A stretch of 64,000 bases of DNA from a virus (taxonomy: Duplodnaviria; Caudoviricetes): IMG/VR virus record IMGVR_UViG_3300012344_000013, positions 62,577-126,576 of that record, one strand, 5' to 3'. This document shows positions 9,883 to 20,746 of the stretch, piece by piece. The stretch's first letter is position 1, and each line of letters starts with the position of its first letter. A program made the translations under genes and the position numbers. Under the pieces are notes generated by a model. The model was not told the origin of the DNA. It was given only the letters and a program-made list of their open reading frames with translations, and made no database searches.

Positions 9883-10743
9883 ATGGACATTAAATTATTA
9901 AAATCAGACATAGTATCCGATAATATTGCCAAGTTCATGATATTTAATAATAAAGAAAATACACTTTGTAAGCAATATATTGATACTATCATACGAGTTA
10001 CTAATAAAGTAAAGAAATACTTTATTAGTATTGAAGAATTTTACAAATATATTGATACTTGCGATAATACTGAACAGTATTATTTTATTATAGATACAGA
10101 TATAAATAAAGTAAAATTGGATTATATAGAACAGCTAATTAGTTCTAATTTAAGAATTATAATTATTTCAGAAGTAGATAGTAGTGTAAAAGATAAGTTA
10201 AATCGATATGTATTTGATTTTAATAAACTAGACAGAAATACTATATATGCTTATTTATTAAAGCAATGTAAATTATATAAAACTGAGATAGATGAAGATA
10301 AGCTATTTTATTTAATAGATTTATGCAATAATGATTTAAGTCTATGTTTAAGTGAGATAGATAAGATATTTATTATGAATCAAGAGAATTCAAATAGTTT
10401 GTTTGATTATATGCTTAAATATGGATTTTCAGATTATAGAAAATCTAACATGTTTGAATTTATAAATAAAGTATTATCTAAAAATATGAGTGCATTTGAT
10501 GATTATTTAAGATTAGATGAATCTCCTATTCAATTATTTTATAATATGTATAATATGGCTCGTAAAAGATTTATAAATTCTAATAATTTATACTATTGTA
10601 AAGTAATGGAACTTTCTTATAAGTTAATAAAAATGATTACAAATGGCTTAATAAGTGCAGATTATTCTATTAAATTTTTTTTATATGAGGTACTAATAAA
10701 TGAGGATTCTAGTATATGCAGACAATCACTTTTGTCAGTATAG
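9883..10743 (+). CDS. holA: Clamp loader delta (HolA-like) subunit
   Basis: LIDLCNNDL...SEIDKI pattern and position after dnaX. Confidence 0.65.
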   Translation: MDIKLLKSDIVSDNIAKFMIFNNKENTLCKQYIDTIIRVTNKVKKYFISIEEFYKYIDTCDNTEQYYFIIDTDINKVKLDYIEQLISSNLRIIIISEVDSSVKDKLNRYVFDFNKLDRNTIYAYLLKQCKLYKTEIDEDKLFYLIDLCNNDLSLCLSEIDKIFIMNQENSNSLFDYMLKYGFSDYRKSNMFEFINKVLSKNMSAFDDYLRLDESPIQLFYNMYNMARKRFINSNNLYYCKVMELSYKLIKMITNGLISADYSIKFFLYEVLINEDSSICRQSLLSV

Positions 10744-11728
10744 TTCTATAATTAGAAGTAGAGGAACTAAATATTCGACCAGATTAGAAAATCAGATAAA
10801 GTCTATAAATTGGCTTGAATCACTTTCAAAAGAAAAAAATTGTGATAAAATAGTTTCATTAGGAGATTTTTTTGATAGTCCGACTCTTAATGCTGAAGAA
10901 GTAACAGCTTTAAGGGATATAAAATGGAATAATGAGTTGGAACACATTTTTATAGTAGGAAACCATGAGACGAATACAAGAGATATTTCATATAATGTAT
11001 TAAATCTTTTAGGACTTGCTAGTTATTCTATTATAGACAAACCTACTTCAGTAAGTGATGGAACTTATACTTATTGTTTTTTGCCTTATATTTATAATTC
11101 TGAACGATTGAAGTCTCTGAAAGAGTATTTTCCTGATGGCGAGAAGAATATAATATTTTCTCATAATGATATTGCAGGTATACAATATGGTTTTTATAAG
11201 TCAGAAGAAGGATTTAGGCTGCTTGATATTTCATCAAGTTGTAAGCTATTCCTAAATGGCCATATCCATAACATGACAGGGCTAGACGCAGACAGAAAAG
11301 TATTTAATGTAGGCAATTTAACTGGACTTAATTTTAGTGAAAATGCGTTTATGTATGCGCACGGGGTGTGGATACTGGATACTTTTAACGAAACGCTAGA
11401 ATTTATAGATAATCCTTACGCTTTCAATTTTTACAAGTTAGATTTTACAGATAAAATCAATGTGGATTTTGATGTGTTAAAGGACAACGCCGTATTATCT
11501 ATAAAAGTTTCAGAGGACAATTTAGAAGAAGTAAAAGTACTTTTAGCTAAGTATTCTAATAAAATAGTAACAAGTAGAATCTTAGTTGACAGAAATAGGA
11601 ATTCTAATTATAATACAGATGTTAAATTAGAACAAGTAAATTACTTGGAGCAATTTAATGAATATATAAAACAGCAAATAGGTACTAGCAAAATGGTATT
11701 AGAAGAATTAACTGAGGTAACTAGATGA
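10700..11728 (+). CDS. sbcD: SbcD/Mre11-like nuclease
   Basis: ADNH, LGDFFD, GNHE, SH, NGHIH metallophosphoesterase motifs; adjacent to SbcC. Confidence 0.9.
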   Translation: MRILVYADNHFCQYSSIIRSRGTKYSTRLENQIKSINWLESLSKEKNCDKIVSLGDFFDSPTLNAEEVTALRDIKWNNELEHIFIVGNHETNTRDISYNVLNLLGLASYSIIDKPTSVSDGTYTYCFLPYIYNSERLKSLKEYFPDGEKNIIFSHNDIAGIQYGFYKSEEGFRLLDISSSCKLFLNGHIHNMTGLDADRKVFNVGNLTGLNFSENAFMYAHGVWILDTFNETLEFIDNPYAFNFYKLDFTDKINVDFDVLKDNAVLSIKVSEDNLEEVKVLLAKYSNKIVTSRILVDRNRNSNYNTDVKLEQVNYLEQFNEYIKQQIGTSKMVLEELTEVTR

Positions 11729-13593
11729 ATTTAATATTTAAGAATATGCGTATATCTAATTTTATGTCTTTTTCTGAAGCTGATGTAGATTTAGATAATA
11801 ACGGATTTGTTATTGTATCTGGCACTAATAATAATATAAATGATAATGCTAAAAGTAATGGTTCAGGTAAGTCTACTATATTTGAAGCTTTATGCTGGTG
11901 TTTAACAGGTACTACTATTAGAGGAATAAAAGACGTAGTTAATCTTTATGGTGATGATGGAGCTGTAGTAGAATTATTATTTAATGTAGATAATAGAGAA
12001 TATAGGTTAATTCGTTCAAAAGACCATAGTGAACTAAAGACTAATCTTAAGATTTATATAAATGGGGAAGATAAATCAGGTAAAAGTATTAGAGACACTT
12101 CTAAGTTATTATCTAGATATTTACCTGATTTAACAAGTTCTTTAATAGGTTCAGTAGTAGTATTAGGCCAAGGACTTCCTGGAAGATTTACTAACAATTC
12201 GCCTTCAGGTAGAAAAGAATTACTTGAAATCATGACTAAATCTAATTTTATGGTAGATGATTTGAAGGATAGATTGAATTATAGGTTAGAAGCACTTAAT
12301 ATACAAAAACGTCATCGGGAAGATGCTGATATTAAACTTAATACCACTATTGAATCTTATAAGAATCAGCTAGATAATTATAAACAGCAGTTAGATAGTT
12401 TAAGTGATGCTACTCAAATAAAACTTGATATAGAATTTATTAAAAACGAAATAGATAAAGAATCTACTTTAATTACTGTATGCAAGAATGGCATAAACAG
12501 CTATAAAGAAGATTTACAGAAGTGCGTAGATTCACTACAATTTTATAATGACTTATTATATAGAAATAAATCAGATATGGAAGAAATGTTAGCTAATTTC
12601 ACTAAAGAGTTTAGAGAAAATCTTACTAATTTAGAATCAGAACAAAGAGATATCTCTAATGAGCTTAAAAGAATAGCTAGTATAAAAGATATTTGCCCTA
12701 CTTGTGGACAGCATCTGGTAGGGGTTAAAAAACCTAATCCAAAGCCTTTACAAGATAAATACGAAGAACTTCAATATCAAATAGGTACTTGTAGAGATAA
12801 TATAGATGCACAAGAAAGAGTGCATAAAAAAGTATTAGAAGAAAAAAATAAAGAAGTACAAAATAAAATTGATGAGTTACTTTCTAAAAAGCAGCAGTAT
12901 GAGGCAATAATATCTGATAATACTAAAAAAAGAGAGTCATATTTAAGTGAATTCTATAGTAATCAATCTAAAATAAGTGTACTGCAGGAAAAATTAAATA
13001 CTCTTGAAGCTACTAAAGAGAATCTACAGAATCAGATTATAATGCTAAATAAGTCTATAGAAGAAACTCAATCTAAAATATTGTATAATATTAATGAGAG
13101 AGATAATTATTCTCAAAGAATAGATATAGATAAGAAAATGATGTCGTTAGTAACAAGAGATTTTAGAGGACACTTACTATTAGGGGTTATTGATTTTCTT
13201 AATTCAAAAGCAAAACAATATTGTAAAGATGTATTCAATACAGAATTATTAAGGTTTGAATTAAGTGGAAATAATATAGATATTTATTATGGTGATAAGG
13301 TATACGAAGTGCTTAGTGGAGGAGAAAAGCAAAAAGTAGATATAGTAGTACAATTTACTTTACGCAGTATGCTTTGTGATTTAATAAATTTTAGTTCTAA
13401 TATTATTGTATTAGATGAAATATTTGATAACTTAGATGATATAGGTTGCCAGAATATTATAAACTTAATCACGCGTAGACTAAATGATATCAGTAGTATT
13501 TATATAGTAACGCATCATTCGGATATATCTATTCCATATGATAAGATAATAGAAGTAGAAAAAGATGAAAAAGGACTGAGTAAGCTGAAGTGA
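11725..13593 (+). CDS. sbcC: SbcC/Rad50-like ATPase
   Basis: NGSGKST, coiled coil with CPTCGQ zinc hook, LSGGEKQ, LDEIFDNLD. Confidence 0.93.
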   Translation: MNLIFKNMRISNFMSFSEADVDLDNNGFVIVSGTNNNINDNAKSNGSGKSTIFEALCWCLTGTTIRGIKDVVNLYGDDGAVVELLFNVDNREYRLIRSKDHSELKTNLKIYINGEDKSGKSIRDTSKLLSRYLPDLTSSLIGSVVVLGQGLPGRFTNNSPSGRKELLEIMTKSNFMVDDLKDRLNYRLEALNIQKRHREDADIKLNTTIESYKNQLDNYKQQLDSLSDATQIKLDIEFIKNEIDKESTLITVCKNGINSYKEDLQKCVDSLQFYNDLLYRNKSDMEEMLANFTKEFRENLTNLESEQRDISNELKRIASIKDICPTCGQHLVGVKKPNPKPLQDKYEELQYQIGTCRDNIDAQERVHKKVLEEKNKEVQNKIDELLSKKQQYEAIISDNTKKRESYLSEFYSNQSKISVLQEKLNTLEATKENLQNQIIMLNKSIEETQSKILYNINERDNYSQRIDIDKKMMSLVTRDFRGHLLLGVIDFLNSKAKQYCKDVFNTELLRFELSGNNIDIYYGDKVYEVLSGGEKQKVDIVVQFTLRSMLCDLINFSSNIIVLDEIFDNLDDIGCQNIINLITRRLNDISSIYIVTHHSDISIPYDKIIEVEKDEKGLSKLK

Positions 13594-15313
13594 CTTATAA
13601 TAAACCTAAAGATGTTCGTTATGTGGATATGTGCATATATGTAGACGAGCATATTTATAATGAAGATAGAAATGACGATTTATTATTTCAATATATCTAC
13701 CATATAGCTAATATGATAGCACATAGACGTAAGTATTTTGATAGAGCAAGATATTACGACGAATATTCTTTATATGTAGCTACTAAAGTATATATGCGTT
13801 ATCTTAATAAAAAGCAATTTGAATTAGATGAACGGGGAAATCCTAAACTTGGTAAAATAAAAAGTATTTTGAATTATATAAAATCTATTAGTTATGCTAA
13901 GAAAGTTGAATTCGAGCAACAATTTTACGCTCAAACATTTAATAATACTAATGATTTTTCAGTATCACCTAATAATTTCAAATCATCAATAGCATCTTAC
14001 ACAGATAGTTTATGCTATTCAGATTATATATTGTACTTAGGAGACATTAGCAAGACAATACGTCATTACATATACAATCAAAAATATTTAGATAAAGAAA
14101 TTAAAAATGAGATTTATTTATCTTGTTTATTAAGTTTCATAAGTTTTATTACATTAAGTAATAAGGTTAAAGAAAGAATACGCGATGTAGGATTAGATAT
14201 TTATAGTAATCCAAAAGTTATTGATAAGCTATATGCTAAAGAACGAGATAATTTTGTAGTTTTGTATGGTTTAGATAATAATTACTATAATTTAATTCAT
14301 GTGTTAGTTATGAATATTAAGCATTTAGTGACTCAAGATTTGAATATGTTATCGAAATCATACATGGTATCTGATGGAGAAATGCAACACATGCTAATGC
14401 AATCAGTTGGTTTAAGAGGTATTTAATGAGAATAAATGAAGAAGTAGCAAAACTAAGAGATGCAGATACTTATTCTCTGATATTATTTGCTTTATATAAG
14501 TTAAAAGATATTGCAGAATATAGAGAATTAAGCGAATTAGTATATATTTTAGATAAGAATTCTTTGCTTAATTTTTTAGAGTATTTTGGTGGCTTAACTG
14601 TTAAGGTTCCCACTATAGAAGAATTAAGAAATATAGTTTATACTTTATTAGTATATGAATATGTTAATATAGATAAACTCTCTATTGATGAGGCTATAAT
14701 TAAATTAAATCAAACAGAAATAAAACCATTTGAGTTAAAGAAAAATTATATTAAGTTGAATAAATTATTGGAAGATTATAATATAAATATATGATAGATA
14801 TTCTAAATAATGTATTAAAAGAATTAAATGAATATTCTAATTATTCAAAAGAAGAACTTTTTACTAAATGCATTTCAGAAAGATTAAATAAATCAGTTGA
14901 GATGTATTATACGGAATTATCAAAAACATTTAATAAATTAGATAGTATAAATGAATTAAAGGTGATAAGGAGGTTGAATAATTAAAGTGATAGATTTAGT
15001 ACAAAGACTTTCAAGTCTAACAACTATTCCTGAGAAAAATTTTGCAAAATTAAATGAAAAAAGTGAGTTAATTATAGCAAACAGTGCTTACAATGCTTTA
15101 CATAGTGGTCAGACAGACATATCTGTGGATATAGGTTTAGGTACTATACATATAAAATTAGAAGATAATCAAATATTGTATAAATATACGCCATCTACTA
15201 GTTTAGAAAAATGCATGAGAAAAGCAGTTATCGATGATAAAGATTTTTTAACTGACATTGTAGAAAAATCTTTAACTAATAGAATACTTAATGCTTATAA
15301 GGATTTAGTATGA
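13590..15313 (+). CDS. Cluster of four hypothetical proteins (13590-14426, 14426-14794, 14791-14985, 14987-15313)
   Basis: Tightly coupled ORFs. 14426 has a Mor-like FGG.TV.VP motif. Confidence 0.5.
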
Positions 15314-15801
15314 GTGATAATAAGCAATTAGTAGATACTTCTAATTTAGATGCGAAGAATATTGAATTAGCTCAAAATATAATAGATGAAGAAGATATAT
15401 CTAAAGTAAAGGATATGATAAATCTTTTTAATCTTACTCAAACTAAAAAGAATGTTATACGAGCTATGAAGCTGAGTGGTTTATATGATAGCGTTTCAGA
15501 TAAGCTTATAGAACGATTACAGAAACGACCTGATGAGATTAGCTATAAAGAACTTGTAGATATATTTAATGCTACACAAAAAGCTATTGATAGCGCTAAT
15601 AAATCTCTCGGTTTAATAGATGACGTACCGGCTATTCAGTTAAATCAACAGAATATAAATATATCAGTTGATAATGAAGATGAGTTAAGTAGAGATTCTA
15701 AGATTAAAGTTATGGAAGCAGTTAAAGCTTTCTTAGATAGTCAAAAAGATAATAATGACATAGAAATAGTGGAGGAAGAGGATGAGACATCCAATAACTA
15801 A
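15310..15801 (+). CDS. Hypothetical protein (helical, possibly terminase small subunit-like)
   Basis: Helical body with QLNQQNINI tail; weak resemblance only. Confidence 0.3.
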   Translation: MSDNKQLVDTSNLDAKNIELAQNIIDEEDISKVKDMINLFNLTQTKKNVIRAMKLSGLYDSVSDKLIERLQKRPDEISYKELVDIFNATQKAIDSANKSLGLIDDVPAIQLNQQNINISVDNEDELSRDSKIKVMEAVKAFLDSQKDNNDIEIVEEEDETSNN

Positions 15802-16993
15802 CATAAAGTATTCGGACGGCAGATATCTTAAAGATATTATAATTAAAATTATATCTATAAAAGAGAATGACCTTAATATAACCTGGGATGATGTTGCTGA
15901 ATTGGTTAAGCGTGAGTGCGGGTTTGACAAGAGCGAGAGCTGGTATCGCAAAGGTGTGTGGCACAATATTCTTGACGAAGAATGCGATAAGGAAACGCCT
16001 GTCGAAGAGGAAGAACCTGAAGAAGAACTTTCTATTGAAGAAAAGATTCTTGAACTTAAAAAGCAGAAATATAAGCTTTCAGAAGAAAGAATCCAGACTA
16101 ATGCTTATATAAGAAGACTTAGTAGAGAAGATACTATTCTTGAGATAGCTAAAGAAGCTGCTAAGGAAATTGGTAAACAAAAGCAGTTAATGGATTCAAG
16201 ACCTATTCCTATATTTATTGAAAGTAAAGAACCTAAAGTAGGAATTCTTCAACTATCAGACTGGCATTATGGCATAGATATTGACAGTGCTTTTAATAGT
16301 TACGACCCTATTATAGCTCAAAAGCGCATTGCATATCTCTGCGATGAAGTTATTGATAATATTGCTAAAGAGAATTTAAGTGAATTGCATGTATTTGATT
16401 TAGGTGATTTAATTTGTGGTCGAATTCATCTCACATTAAGACTTCAATCACGTATAGATACTATAACACAAACTCTTGAAGTATCTGAGATTTTATGTGA
16501 ATTTCTAAATAGATTAAGTACCACTGGAATTAAAGTTTATTTTTATTCCTGTTTAGATAATCATAGCAGAGTAGAACCTAATAAATCAGATTCGCTTGAT
16601 TTAGAATCATTGGCAAGAATTATTTTTTGGTATATTAAGAATAGACTTGGGGATACTATTGAAGTTGTAGATAATAAATTTGGGCCAGATATTATTACAG
16701 CAAATATTTTAGGTCATAATGTTATAGCAGTACATGGACATGATGACGCTCCTATAAATAATCTTGATAGACTTACAATGTTAACTAAACAACATTGGGA
16801 TATTTTACTTACCGCTCATAATCATCATTTTTACGCTGATGAGCGTAATGAAACAATTATATTAGGAAATGGTACTCTTATGGGTACTGACCAATATGCT
16901 GAGAAAAAAAGACTTTCCTCAAAGCCTTCACAGAATCTTATTATAGCAACAAAAGATAATGTTATTAGTAACATTAAAAGGATATTGGTTTAA
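15782..16993 (+). CDS. Calcineurin-like metallophosphoesterase
   Basis: LSDWHYG, LGDLI, DNHSR, VHGH, TAHNHH, GTLMGTD. Confidence 0.85.
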   Translation: MRHPITNIKYSDGRYLKDIIIKIISIKENDLNITWDDVAELVKRECGFDKSESWYRKGVWHNILDEECDKETPVEEEEPEEELSIEEKILELKKQKYKLSEERIQTNAYIRRLSREDTILEIAKEAAKEIGKQKQLMDSRPIPIFIESKEPKVGILQLSDWHYGIDIDSAFNSYDPIIAQKRIAYLCDEVIDNIAKENLSELHVFDLGDLICGRIHLTLRLQSRIDTITQTLEVSEILCEFLNRLSTTGIKVYFYSCLDNHSRVEPNKSDSLDLESLARIIFWYIKNRLGDTIEVVDNKFGPDIITANILGHNVIAVHGHDDAPINNLDRLTMLTKQHWDILLTAHNHHFYADERNETIILGNGTLMGTDQYAEKKRLSSKPSQNLIIATKDNVISNIKRILV

Positions 16994-17047
16994 TACTAAT
17001 ATCCTTTATTTTTTTTAGTTGATTTATTATGTATTATGTAGTATAAT
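16977..17047 (+). promoter_or_regulatory. Intrinsic terminator followed by sigma-A promoter of the DNA-modification cassette
   Basis: AAGGATATTGGT/ACTAATATCCTT hairpin plus T-run; TTGATT(17019)-17-TATAAT(17042). Confidence 0.75.
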
Positions 17048-17079
17048 ACATATAAATAAAATATAAGGAGATATTATAG

Positions 17080-17598
17080 ATGAATATTATAATAGAAGGT
17101 CCTAATGGTACTGGAAAGACTACATTTATAAATAAACTTCTTGCTTGTAAAGAATTTGAAAATTATAATGTAGAGCATTTAACAGCAAGTTGTCCTAATG
17201 ACTATGAATTTCATAAAAGATTACTATTGAATGATAATACTATATTTGATAGATTTTTTATAGGTGAAATGGTGTATCCTAAGATATATAAAAGAGCTTT
17301 TAAGATTTCTACTCATGAGATACAGCAGCTTTGCAATGATTTTGCAGATAGTACTATCATTGTATTTATAGATGCAGATTATGGATTTATTTGTGACTCT
17401 TTGAAAAAAAGAGGAGAAGAGATAGATATGAATTTCATAGATACAGAAAAGCAACTATTTAATGAAGCAGTAGATTCTCTTAAAAACATTAAGATTTATA
17501 AAATAAAACATCATGCAACTGGTTGTTTATATGGTTCAGAGAAGTCTGATGATTATTATATAAATAAAATTAGAAATGATTATACGGAGATGAAATAA
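17080..17598 (+). CDS. dNMP/thymidylate kinase-like P-loop kinase
   Basis: IIEGPNGTGKTT, IFDRFFIGEMVY, KRGE lid. Confidence 0.85.
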   Translation: MNIIIEGPNGTGKTTFINKLLACKEFENYNVEHLTASCPNDYEFHKRLLLNDNTIFDRFFIGEMVYPKIYKRAFKISTHEIQQLCNDFADSTIIVFIDADYGFICDSLKKRGEEIDMNFIDTEKQLFNEAVDSLKNIKIYKIKHHATGCLYGSEKSDDYYINKIRNDYTEMK

Positions 17599-18743
17599 TG
17601 AAGTTATTGATGCTTAATCCTATGCAAGGTGTAGGTAAAGAAGAACTCGGACATATAGGTGATTATGAACAGATGGGACTAGCTAAAAAATGCGTTGAAT
17701 TAGGCCACACCGTTCATATAATTAAAATGAATAAAAATATAATTAGTAGTTTTAATGGTATTACTTATAAACATTTTGATAATCTCGATGATTTAGATTC
17801 TTATGATTATCTGTTTATACAGAATTTTGCACCTAATATTTTTGGTGGTGTAGTAATTCCTCGTTGGGTAGATAGTTATAAACTAATGGCTAGTTTTAAG
17901 AAACCTATTTGCTACATGTTTAGTGATTTGCGTTTGCATTTGAAACAAATGTGGAGAATGTTTGCTAATAAAGATTTATCTAATTTTCCTGGGCTTTGTG
18001 AAAAAGATGTAAAAATAACTTCTGATATTATATATGTTTGTCAAGGTTATGATGATGCTTTGAATTATAAGTATTCTCATAAAAAGGGTTTATATACAGA
18101 AGGTCTGAATGTTACTAAAGTACTAAAATATCCTTATTATTTTGCACCTATTAGTTTAATGGATTCTAAATATTTTGATATAAATAGAGAATATAATCCC
18201 AATAGAGAATATGATTTGTATTATGGAGCTAGTTCTTTAAGAGATGGGAAAAGAAATGAGGAATTTTTAGATTATTTCTTTAATAGAGATATTAGAACTG
18301 CTATGTATGGTTCTGTAAAGTTAGAACAGTTCAAGATGGATTTTACTGGATATAAGGTTCCTGAAATAAATTCAAAGCTTAAACAAACTGGTGTAGTTGA
18401 TGAGAATAAGCGTGGATTTGCTACAATTCTTATGGGTGATAAGGATTATAGAAATAATATGATTACTCTTAGAGTATACGAATCGTTATTAGCTGATATG
18501 GTTTGTTTTGTAGATTATAAATTCGATAGTAATAAAGTTATATTCAAAGATTCTGAATTTTTGAAAGATTATCTATATGTTAAATCTGGGAAAGAATTAG
18601 AAACTAAAATTAAAGAACTTAAAAATGATTCTAAATTATTGCATAAAGTAATTGAAGAGCAGAGAAAAGTGATGTATAATGCTTTTAGTCAAGATAAGTT
18701 CAAAGAACAAACTAGAATTTTACTTGAACAAATATGCAAATAA
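17598..18743 (+). CDS. bgt: DNA beta-glucosyltransferase (T4 BGT homolog)
   Basis: Colinear with T4 BGT motifs as recalled: N.FGG, F.D.RL, QG, D..YG...R.G.R, GDK.Y..N.ITLRV.E...D, F. Confidence 0.85.
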   Translation: MKLLMLNPMQGVGKEELGHIGDYEQMGLAKKCVELGHTVHIIKMNKNIISSFNGITYKHFDNLDDLDSYDYLFIQNFAPNIFGGVVIPRWVDSYKLMASFKKPICYMFSDLRLHLKQMWRMFANKDLSNFPGLCEKDVKITSDIIYVCQGYDDALNYKYSHKKGLYTEGLNVTKVLKYPYYFAPISLMDSKYFDINREYNPNREYDLYYGASSLRDGKRNEEFLDYFFNRDIRTAMYGSVKLEQFKMDFTGYKVPEINSKLKQTGVVDENKRGFATILMGDKDYRNNMITLRVYESLLADMVCFVDYKFDSNKVIFKDSEFLKDYLYVKSGKELETKIKELKNDSKLLHKVIEEQRKVMYNAFSQDKFKEQTRILLEQICK

Positions 18744-18756
18744 AGAAGGTAAGTAG

Positions 18757-19683
18757 ATGTACAAAAATTTTCAAGAAGCTTATTATAGCGTGTTAAAAGA
18801 TGTTTACGTTAACGGCGATTCTGTAACAGTACGCGGTTTAGAAATGCACGAAAAGATTCCATATTATTTTGAAATAGCTAATCCAAGAGATAGACTATTA
18901 AATATTGATTGCAGGAAGAATACTAGAAAGTATACATTTGGAGAACTAATGTGGTATTTATCTGGTAGAGATGACGTAGCTTTTATAAGTAAGTATTCTA
19001 AAGTATGGGGTAGACTTTCTGATGATGGAATCCACAGTAATTCGGCATATGGAAAGTATATATTTAAGCCTATGCCTAATATAGGATTTGGTTCGGAATA
19101 TACTGGTTCTAATGACCCTAATTATAATTCTAATCTTTCATTCAAAACACAATGGGATTACGTTAAAGAGATATTGCAAAAGGACCCTTATTCTAGACAA
19201 GCAGTTATTCATATAAAACCTGTTCAAATGTATGATACCAAAGATATAACTTGTACTTATTTTCTTCAATTTTTTATTAGAAATAATAAATTGGATTTAG
19301 TAGTTGGTATGCGTTCAAACGATATTATATATGGCACTACTTATGACATATTTATGTTTACATTTATGCAAGAATTGATGGCTGCGGAACTAGGAATAGA
19401 TGTGGGTACATATAAGCATTTTGCAAGTAATATGCATGTTTATATGAAAGATAAAGAAATAGTAGAGAAGATACTAAGAGAAGACGCAGCTAGTAGAAGT
19501 ACATTCGCATTTGATAAGATTCCATCTAATTTTAGAGAGTATGATTTGCCGATTTTATTAGAATTAGAAAAAGCATATTGGGAGCATAAAGATGATTCAA
19601 ATGCAGTTGATATTTATACTAAAATGGGTTATTATACGTTAAGTAATGTAGGTAGACAGTTATTTAGTTTACTTATAGATTAA
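18757..19683 (+). CDS. Thymidylate synthase-family dCMP hydroxymethylase
   Basis: SRQAV, catalytic C (ITCT), MRSNDIIYGTTYD with Asp at the TS Asn177-equivalent position (cytosine specificity), S.H.Y. Confidence 0.8.
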   Translation: MYKNFQEAYYSVLKDVYVNGDSVTVRGLEMHEKIPYYFEIANPRDRLLNIDCRKNTRKYTFGELMWYLSGRDDVAFISKYSKVWGRLSDDGIHSNSAYGKYIFKPMPNIGFGSEYTGSNDPNYNSNLSFKTQWDYVKEILQKDPYSRQAVIHIKPVQMYDTKDITCTYFLQFFIRNNKLDLVVGMRSNDIIYGTTYDIFMFTFMQELMAAELGIDVGTYKHFASNMHVYMKDKEIVEKILREDAASRSTFAFDKIPSNFREYDLPILLELEKAYWEHKDDSNAVDIYTKMGYYTLSNVGRQLFSLLID

Positions 19684-19694
19684 GGAGGATTTGT

Positions 19695-20186
19695 ATGAGG
19701 ATTTGTAGAATAAGAGATGTAAAACTTCCTAATAGAGGAACAGATAAATCAGCTGGGATTGATTTCTTTGTTCCAGAGAATACGGGAGATTTTGTAAATG
19801 CGTTTGTAGATAAGAATAAAGATATTACTATAGATGATAATGGTATTTTTATTGAGCCTGGTCAGCGTGTAAATATTCCCAGTGGCATCAAAGCAAATGT
19901 ACCTGAAGGGTATGCACTAATAGCTTATAATAAATCGGGTGTTAGCTTGAAATATGGCCTTGATATCGGCGCAAGTGTAGTAGATGAGGATTATCAAGGA
20001 GAGATACATCTTTCATTAGTAAATACTTCTAATAAGCAAGTTAAACTCGAATATGGGCAGAAGATAATTCAGTTTATTTTAATACCTGTATTCTACGATA
20101 ATATTGAAGAAGTTTCTGAAAAAAATTGTTTTGATTTTGAAACTCAACGTGGTTCAGGAGCGTTTGGTTCTACAGGAGTTAAATAA
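19695..20186 (+). CDS. dut: Trimeric dUTPase
   Basis: SAGIDF, NKSG, VVDEDYQGEI, KIIQ, RGSGAFGSTG. Confidence 0.95.
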   Translation: MRICRIRDVKLPNRGTDKSAGIDFFVPENTGDFVNAFVDKNKDITIDDNGIFIEPGQRVNIPSGIKANVPEGYALIAYNKSGVSLKYGLDIGASVVDEDYQGEIHLSLVNTSNKQVKLEYGQKIIQFILIPVFYDNIEEVSEKNCFDFETQRGSGAFGSTGVK

Positions 20187-20746
20187 ACTACAATAGATTC
20201 TAATGTTAGAAATGATTCTTTTATGGAGAATGGTATTTTATATACCTTATAAAAATAAATTGATTTAAGGGAGATAATTAAATGAAATATTATAGTGAAA
20301 AATTGGGTAAACTTTTTGATACTGAAGGAGAGCTGAGAGAAAAAGAACAGGCTCATGAGGATAAAGCTACTAAATATAATGAAGAGCTTAGTAAATTGAG
20401 AAGTGAGTATACTTGTGCGCTTAACGCACAGAATGAAATACATGCCGCTTATCTTGAAGCTCGTAAGAAAACTCAGAAAGCTGCTAATGCATATAATAAG
20501 AAATTAGCAGAAAATCCTTATATTAAAAATGATTTTTTCTATGATTGGTTTAGAGGTTTTCATGAAGATAACTAATCAAGAGCTATGGGCTAAGTTAGAA
20601 TACTGCTTAGCCCATTATGATAAAGTATTCATAAATGGCGAGGAAATAAAAGATTTAGATGCTTATATGTCAGGTAAAACAATAATTGATATTAAATGGG
20701 AAGACATTATTGTTAAAACTAATCATATGCGAATAGTTGGTGAGTA

